Below are positions 27,427 through 31,594 of a stretch of 31,594 nucleotides of DNA, piece by piece. The notes beneath the pieces were generated by a model that saw only the letters and a program-made list of their open reading frames with translations, was not told the origin of the DNA and ran no database searches. Made by a program: the position numbers and the translations under genes. Within the stretch, counting starts at the first letter, position 1, and the number at the start of each line of letters is the position of its first letter. Origin of the DNA: a virus (taxonomy: Duplodnaviria > Caudoviricetes); IMG/VR virus record IMGVR_UViG_3300050195_000027, positions 1 to 31,594 of that record. One strand, written 5' to 3'.

Positions 27427-27598
27427 TACACCACCACACCACCCCACCACCCCTTTTCGAAACTCCTACGGCTTTTACCGGTAGCCGAACCCCCTGCGTA
27501 TCTCCTCTAATGGTGGTATAGGTGGTGTGGTGGTGTAGTCGCTTACGAATCAACGACTTAGAGCACCCCACCTGTACACCACCTCGCCGAGGTGGTGT
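27427..27598. other. Putative phage replication origin
   Basis: 17-bp perfect inverted repeat (27427-43 / 27521-37), CACCAC/GTGGTG iterons, IHF consensus AATCAACGACTTA (27548-60), 11-bp-arm palindrome 27576-98; just downstream of the primase-helicase. Confidence 0.65.
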
Positions 27599-27615
27599 GC
27601 TGCGAACTTGCTGTT

Positions 27616-29850
27616 TCATGCGTACTCGCAATCTTCTGCAGGTTTGACCCAGCCCCGGACCTGCCTTTTGCTGCGCGCGTCCCAAAGCGCGTGAACAGGC
27701 TTCACGTATCCAAGGCGCGTGAGAATTTTTGCGACTCGCATCTCGTCCGCCTTCGTCTGGCGGCCTGCCTCGATGCGAAAAGCACTCAGCAAAATTTCGC
27801 TTACTCGCACGATGCCCGCGCCTCGCGGAGCGCCGACGTCACCGTCCATCCCGTCGCGAGAAAGCCAGTCGATGACTGCGTCGTCCCAGATGTCGGTCAT
27901 CTTGAACTTGGCGTGCTCGCCCTTGGCCAGCTCATAGGCGTCCCGCCAGGCGATGCCTGCGCGCCGGAAGCGGTGCGCCCCTTCTGCCCACAGCTGCTCG
28001 CGCTCGCGCGCGATGCCGGCCACGTCCACGGCGCCCACGCGCATCGGCAACCACCGGCGCTCCCCAGTCATGTCGTCGAGGAACCCGTCTTGATTGCCGG
28101 TGCCGATCAGCAGCAGCCGGCGCGCGAAGCGCGTGCCGAACTCCTCGTACTTCGGCGTCCACTCCTCGGTGCGCCGCGAGACCCAGGCCTTGATCGACTC
28201 GGCGTCGCGCGAGTGCAGGCCGCGCAGCTCGGCGATCTCCCCGACCAGCTTGCCGCGCAGCGACCGCGCGATGTCCTCGTCCTTCTTGGTCAGGTTGATC
28301 TCGACGAACGCGCTCTCGTCGGCGTCGTTGAATGGCGCCAGCGCCTCGACGGCCGACGTCTTGCCGGCCGCCTGCAGGCCGATCAGCACCGGCGCCATGT
28401 CCGCCTTCACGCCAGGCTCGAGGCAGCGCCCGGCCAGCGTCGTCCACGCGTAGGCGCTGACCGCGCGCGCATAGGGCGTGTCGGCCACGCCGAAGAACGT
28501 CGGGAAGAACGTGTCGATGCGCTCGACGCCGTCCCACACCAGGTCCGACAGCCAGTCGATCGCCGAGTCGAACGCGTGCTCCTTGGCCACCAGCTTGACG
28601 GCCGCCTTGACCATCTCGGGCGCCACCGGCTTGAAGCCGAGGTGGCCCAGCACGCTGCGCACGCGCGTGTAGTCGTCATCGGTGAAGCGCCGCCACGCGC
28701 CGCCCTCGTCGTCGGTCGTCATCATCGAGCACAGGAACCGGTCGACACCGATGCGGCGCTTGATAACGTCGGGCCGCCGCACCGCGGCCAGCACGTTGTT
28801 GATCGTGGGCAGCGGCACGCCCTGGCGGTCGCGCTCGAAGACGGGCAGCGGCTCGATCTCCACCGGCGGCGCGCCGTCTTTAGCTGCAGCTAAAGCAACG
28901 ACCACGTCGAAGGCCGAACGGGTGTGACCGGTCGCCGCCAGGAAGTCGGAGTCGGTGCGGTGCGCGCAGCTGGCGTGCAGGCAGTGGAAGTGCCCGGTGT
29001 CGAAGCCGCCCACGCCCGCCGGGAACCACGACGTCGCCGTCGGCCCGCTGTCGGTGCTGTGGCCGTGCTCCCACGGGCAGCGCACGTCGACGCGGCCGTC
29101 GCGCTCGTAGCCCGTCACCCAGCCGTTGTCGGCCAGCCAGGCCACGGTCGGGTCGTCCACGTCGTCGGCGCTGCGCGCGAGCATGGGCGCCATGCCGGCC
29201 CGCTGCTCGCTGGCGCCGTCCGGCAGCGCGAACTGGTCGACCAGCGCCTGCCACAGCACCTCGAACTCGGCCGGAGTCAGCTCGGGGATCTGCGCGGGCA
29301 GGCCGCCGTCCCACTCGTAGCGCGCGCCGCTGGGGTGCGTGCCGACGGCAATGAACTGCTGGCCGGTGGCCAGGAACTCGATGATGCCGTGCGCGGTCTT
29401 GATCACGCGCTTCGCGTAGGCGCCCGGCATGCGGAACGCGAGCAGGCACTTGCCGCTGTTCGCGCGCCGACGCGCGGGCAGGTCGGCGAGGTAGCCGACC
29501 ATCTCTTCGACCTCCGCCGCGCGCATCGGGTCGGCGATGTCGATGTCGATCGCGCGCACCTCGCGCGTCTGCAGGCAGATGCCCAGATCGCTGTTCGCCG
29601 ACCAGCGCGCGACGTCGCGCTCGGTGGCCTGGGTCTGCGTCCACTTTGGGATGCCGACGACCAGGTCGTCAGGCCCGTAGCGGCTCGGTGTCTTGCCCAG
29701 GTCCCGCATCTTCGACAGCGGCGAGATCTGGGCGTTCGGATTGCTGACGACCGGCAGCAGGTCCACCTGCAGCGCGAGCGTGCGCGCGAAGTGCCGCCAC
29801 TCGGCGTCGGTGGCGCCCCACGGCGCCCCCGCGGTATCGTTGGTGGGCAT
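27616..29850 (-). CDS. Primase-polymerase fused to VapE/SF3-like helicase
   Basis: AIDID, GTHPSG.RYEW, CPWEHGHS...HCLHASC, GLQAAGKTS, TGERRW. Confidence 0.88.
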   Translation of the reverse strand: MPTNDTAGAPWGATDAEWRHFARTLALQVDLLPVVSNPNAQISPLSKMRDLGKTPSRYGPDDLVVGIPKWTQTQATERDVARWSANSDLGICLQTREVRAIDIDIADPMRAAEVEEMVGYLADLPARRRANSGKCLLAFRMPGAYAKRVIKTAHGIIEFLATGQQFIAVGTHPSGARYEWDGGLPAQIPELTPAEFEVLWQALVDQFALPDGASEQRAGMAPMLARSADDVDDPTVAWLADNGWVTGYERDGRVDVRCPWEHGHSTDSGPTATSWFPAGVGGFDTGHFHCLHASCAHRTDSDFLAATGHTRSAFDVVVALAAAKDGAPPVEIEPLPVFERDRQGVPLPTINNVLAAVRRPDVIKRRIGVDRFLCSMMTTDDEGGAWRRFTDDDYTRVRSVLGHLGFKPVAPEMVKAAVKLVAKEHAFDSAIDWLSDLVWDGVERIDTFFPTFFGVADTPYARAVSAYAWTTLAGRCLEPGVKADMAPVLIGLQAAGKTSAVEALAPFNDADESAFVEINLTKKDEDIARSLRGKLVGEIAELRGLHSRDAESIKAWVSRRTEEWTPKYEEFGTRFARRLLLIGTGNQDGFLDDMTGERRWLPMRVGAVDVAGIAREREQLWAEGAHRFRRAGIAWRDAYELAKGEHAKFKMTDIWDDAVIDWLSRDGMDGDVGAPRGAGIVRVSEILLSAFRIEAGRQTKADEMRVAKILTRLGYVKPVHALWDARSKRQVRGWVKPAEDCEYA
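28878..28895. promoter_or_regulatory. Perfect 18-bp palindrome, putative repressor operator inside the primase gene
   Basis: CTTTAGCTGCAGCTAAAG. Confidence 0.6.
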
Positions 29851-29857
29851 CGGGGCC

Positions 29858-30016
29858 TTAGCTGGTGGGGAGTTCCGCGCCCGTCGGGGTCGGCTCGGGC
29901 CGGACTGCGCGGGCCGCGCTCGAGGCGCGCTCGAGGAGGTCCTTCTCTTGTGGCGTCATGGGCCGGCGCAGCTGCTGCTCCAGCTCACGACGCACCTGAT
30001 TCTCGAAGTCAGTCAT
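29858..30016 (-). CDS. Small hypothetical protein (52 aa)
   Basis: MTDFENQVRRELE...; GGAGG RBS; fills the gap between cro and primase. Confidence 0.55.
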   Translation of the reverse strand: MTDFENQVRRELEQQLRRPMTPQEKDLLERASSAARAVRPEPTPTGAELPTS

Positions 30017-30356
30017 GGGTGCCGCCCTCCGTGTCGTCGCTGGTCGGCGCGATCGAGGCGGAGACGACTTCTTCGAACTCGGCGCGCACCGCGTCGGGCC
30101 CGAGGCAGCGCCGCGCGAACTCGCACTTGCGGCAGGCGTCGACCATGTCGGTGCGGAAGATCTTCGGCAGGCGGCCGGCCGACTGTTCGTGCATCCACGC
30201 CGACGCCGCCTCGACCGCGGCGCCGCGCTCCGGGGAGGCTTTCCGAAACCCTCCGGAGAGCTGATAGAGATACTCCCGCGAGGTGCCCAGCGCATCGGCC
30301 AAAACACCTTGCTCCCCGGGCGTTGCAGCCCGCATCCATACTTTGAAAATATTCAC
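30009..30356 (-). CDS. Cro-like HTH regulator
   Basis: LADALGTSREYLYQLSGGFRKAS HTH; divergent from the cI-like gene; C-terminal CxxC. Confidence 0.75.
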   Translation of the reverse strand: MNIFKVWMRAATPGEQGVLADALGTSREYLYQLSGGFRKASPERGAAVEAASAWMHEQSAGRLPKIFRTDMVDACRKCEFARRCLGPDAVRAEFEEVVSASIAPTSDDTEGGTHD

Positions 30357-30401
30357 TGGATTCCCTGGTCGTCGGTCTCAAAGGGGTTCTGAAGACCCCA
30401 T

Positions 30402-30431
30402 ATCATAGTGTGCGTTTTAGCACATGGTCAA
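30402..30431 (-). promoter_or_regulatory. Sigma-70 lytic promoter for the cro-primase operon, overlapped by an operator
   Basis: TTGACC-18 nt-TATGAT; operator TTTAGC-ACAT-GGTCAA at 30416-30431 covers the -35. Confidence 0.75.
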
Positions 30432-30528
30432 GTACGCTTACCCTTAGCGTATGGGGTATGCTCCGCACTCTTCCCGCCCCTATTCAGCCGAATTGCGAGG
30501 CGAAAAACTATCAGTTTCCGGATCTCAT

Positions 30529-31041
30529 ATGGCCACCACACTTGACGTGCACGAGACACGAAGAGCGAACTTGACCAAGCTGCTTGAGCACAAGGGCGCT
30601 AAAACGCAACTTGCCGAGCGCCTGGGCACGAATTCGAGCCATATCACGCACCTGCTAAAGCCGCCCACCGCCGCGTCGGCCCGCTTGATCCGCGAGGAGA
30701 CCGCCCGCCAGATCGAGGAAGTCATGGGCTTGACGCCGGGCACCCTCGACAAACCGCCCACCGGCCGCCCGGATCTCACGGTGACGACGTCGCGCGGCAC
30801 GGTCGTGATGGAGACCAAGCCGCCCGCAGCGCCTGAGCGCGATGCGCGCGACTTCCTGTTCATGCAGTCGGCGGCCTTCCCGCCGCTCTTCGAGACGGCG
30901 CTGCGCGAGGTGATGGACGCGATGCCGGGCATCGGTGCGGAGAAGACGGCGAACATGGTCAGGCTCGTGCTGGAGAACGCAAGGTTGAGCGGGCAAGTCG
31001 ACCGCAACTTCATTGAAGCGTTGGGCAAGCTCATCAAATGA
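30529..31041 (+). CDS. CI-like phage repressor without recognisable S24 peptidase domain
   Basis: TRRANLTKLL...TQLAERLGTNSSHITHLL...ARQIEEVMGLTPGTLD. Confidence 0.8.
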   Translation: MATTLDVHETRRANLTKLLEHKGAKTQLAERLGTNSSHITHLLKPPTAASARLIREETARQIEEVMGLTPGTLDKPPTGRPDLTVTTSRGTVVMETKPPAAPERDARDFLFMQSAAFPPLFETALREVMDAMPGIGAEKTANMVRLVLENARLSGQVDRNFIEALGKLIK

Positions 31042-31109
31042 GCCTGTCGCTCGACAGCTGAATTAGAGAGGCGACTCTAGAAATAGGTCGCCTTTTTCTT
31101 GCGCTGCTG

Positions 31110-31125
31110 TTTAGCACGTGCTCAA
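31110..31125. promoter_or_regulatory. Putative operator before the rightward early genes
   Basis: TTTAGC-ACGT-GCTCAA, downstream of a TTGCGC -35-like hexamer. Confidence 0.65.
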
Positions 31126-31169
31126 ATATGGTCAACACGTCGCAACCCGCTGACGTGACTGGAGAGCAA

Positions 31170-31594
31170 ATGGTCAAGAACGCATCCGCCGACAGCACGC
31201 AGGCTCCGGCAAACGTCAAGTACGAATTTGTCGAGGGTGACGCCAAGGTCATCTTCCCGGGCCGCGTGGCGCGCCGCATCCGCGCCGTGGTGGCGATTGC
31301 CGCGATCGGCGTCACGCCGGGGCAGCTCGGTGGCTACATCGAAGCCGAAGTTAATCTTGCGCAGGTCTCCGGCAACGCGTGGGTCTACGGCAACGCGCAG
31401 GTCTCCGGCAACGCGCGGGTCTCCGGCGACGCGCTGGTCTACGGCAACGCGCGGGTCTCCGGCGACGCGCTGGTCTACGGCAACGCGCGGGTCTACGGCG
31501 ACGCGCTGGTCTACGGCAACGCGCGGGTCTCCGGCGACGCGCTGGTCTACGGCAACGCGCGGGTCTCCGGCGACGCGCTGGTCTACGGCAACGC
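31170..31594 (+). CDS. Hexapeptide-repeat (left-handed beta-helix-like) phage protein, truncated at the window end
   Basis: GGAG RBS; MVKNASAD...KYEF...GQLGGYIEAEVNL then (GNARVS/GDALVY)n. Confidence 0.8.
   Translation, partial: MVKNASADSTQAPANVKYEFVEGDAKVIFPGRVARRIRAVVAIAAIGVTPGQLGGYIEAEVNLAQVSGNAWVYGNAQVSGNARVSGDALVYGNARVSGDALVYGNARVYGDALVYGNARVSGDALVYGNARVSGDALVYGN
31359..31594 (+). repeat. 18-bp coding tandem repeat (about 13 copies, 36-bp higher-order unit)
   Basis: ggcaacgcgcgggtctcc / ggcgacgcgctggtctac alternating. Confidence 0.92.

Larger units (their letters stand above)
74..31594. mobile_element. BPP-1-like temperate podovirus prophage (partial, continues past the window end)
   Basis: att remnant followed by lysis, tail, ejection, head, packaging, replication and immunity modules in podovirus synteny. 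Confidence 0.93.

Noticed and set aside
30598-30659. GCTAAA sites within cI as operators
   Set aside because: Half-sites only, with no matching left arm
31359-31594. CRISPR array
   Set aside because: Contiguous 18-bp in-frame coding repeats with no unique spacers

Overview
The window holds the left ~31.5 kb of a GC-rich temperate podovirus prophage with BPP-1-like (Bordetella phage) gene order, probably in a betaproteobacterial host. It is integrated at the 3' end of a tRNA-His-like gene: an att remnant at 74-97 is followed by the host terminator. Minus strand, right to left: cro-like regulator, primase-helicase, putative iteron/IHF origin, small HTH protein, TerS, TerL, cupin-like protein, portal, an inserted SGNH protein, scaffold, major capsid, cement, tail tube A/B, three ejection proteins, SGNH tail spike, lysis cassette and a FliA/sigma-28-like sigma factor. 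Plus strand: a CI-like repressor and a hexapeptide-repeat gene truncated by the window end. The most notable signal is regulatory. (1) Five copies of a late-promoter-like element, TTCACWTA with an exact 19-nt spacer from the TTCACW hexamer to an NANNNT box; four place an ATG 6-8 nt after that box, suggesting leaderless mRNAs. (2) A dispersed TTTAGC-N4-GCTAAA operator family, with copies inside the primase gene and before the capsid gene. (3) A phage-borne sigma-28 homologue plus a perfect GCCGATAA box before the capsid gene. Family assignments come from recognised motifs and synteny, not database searches.
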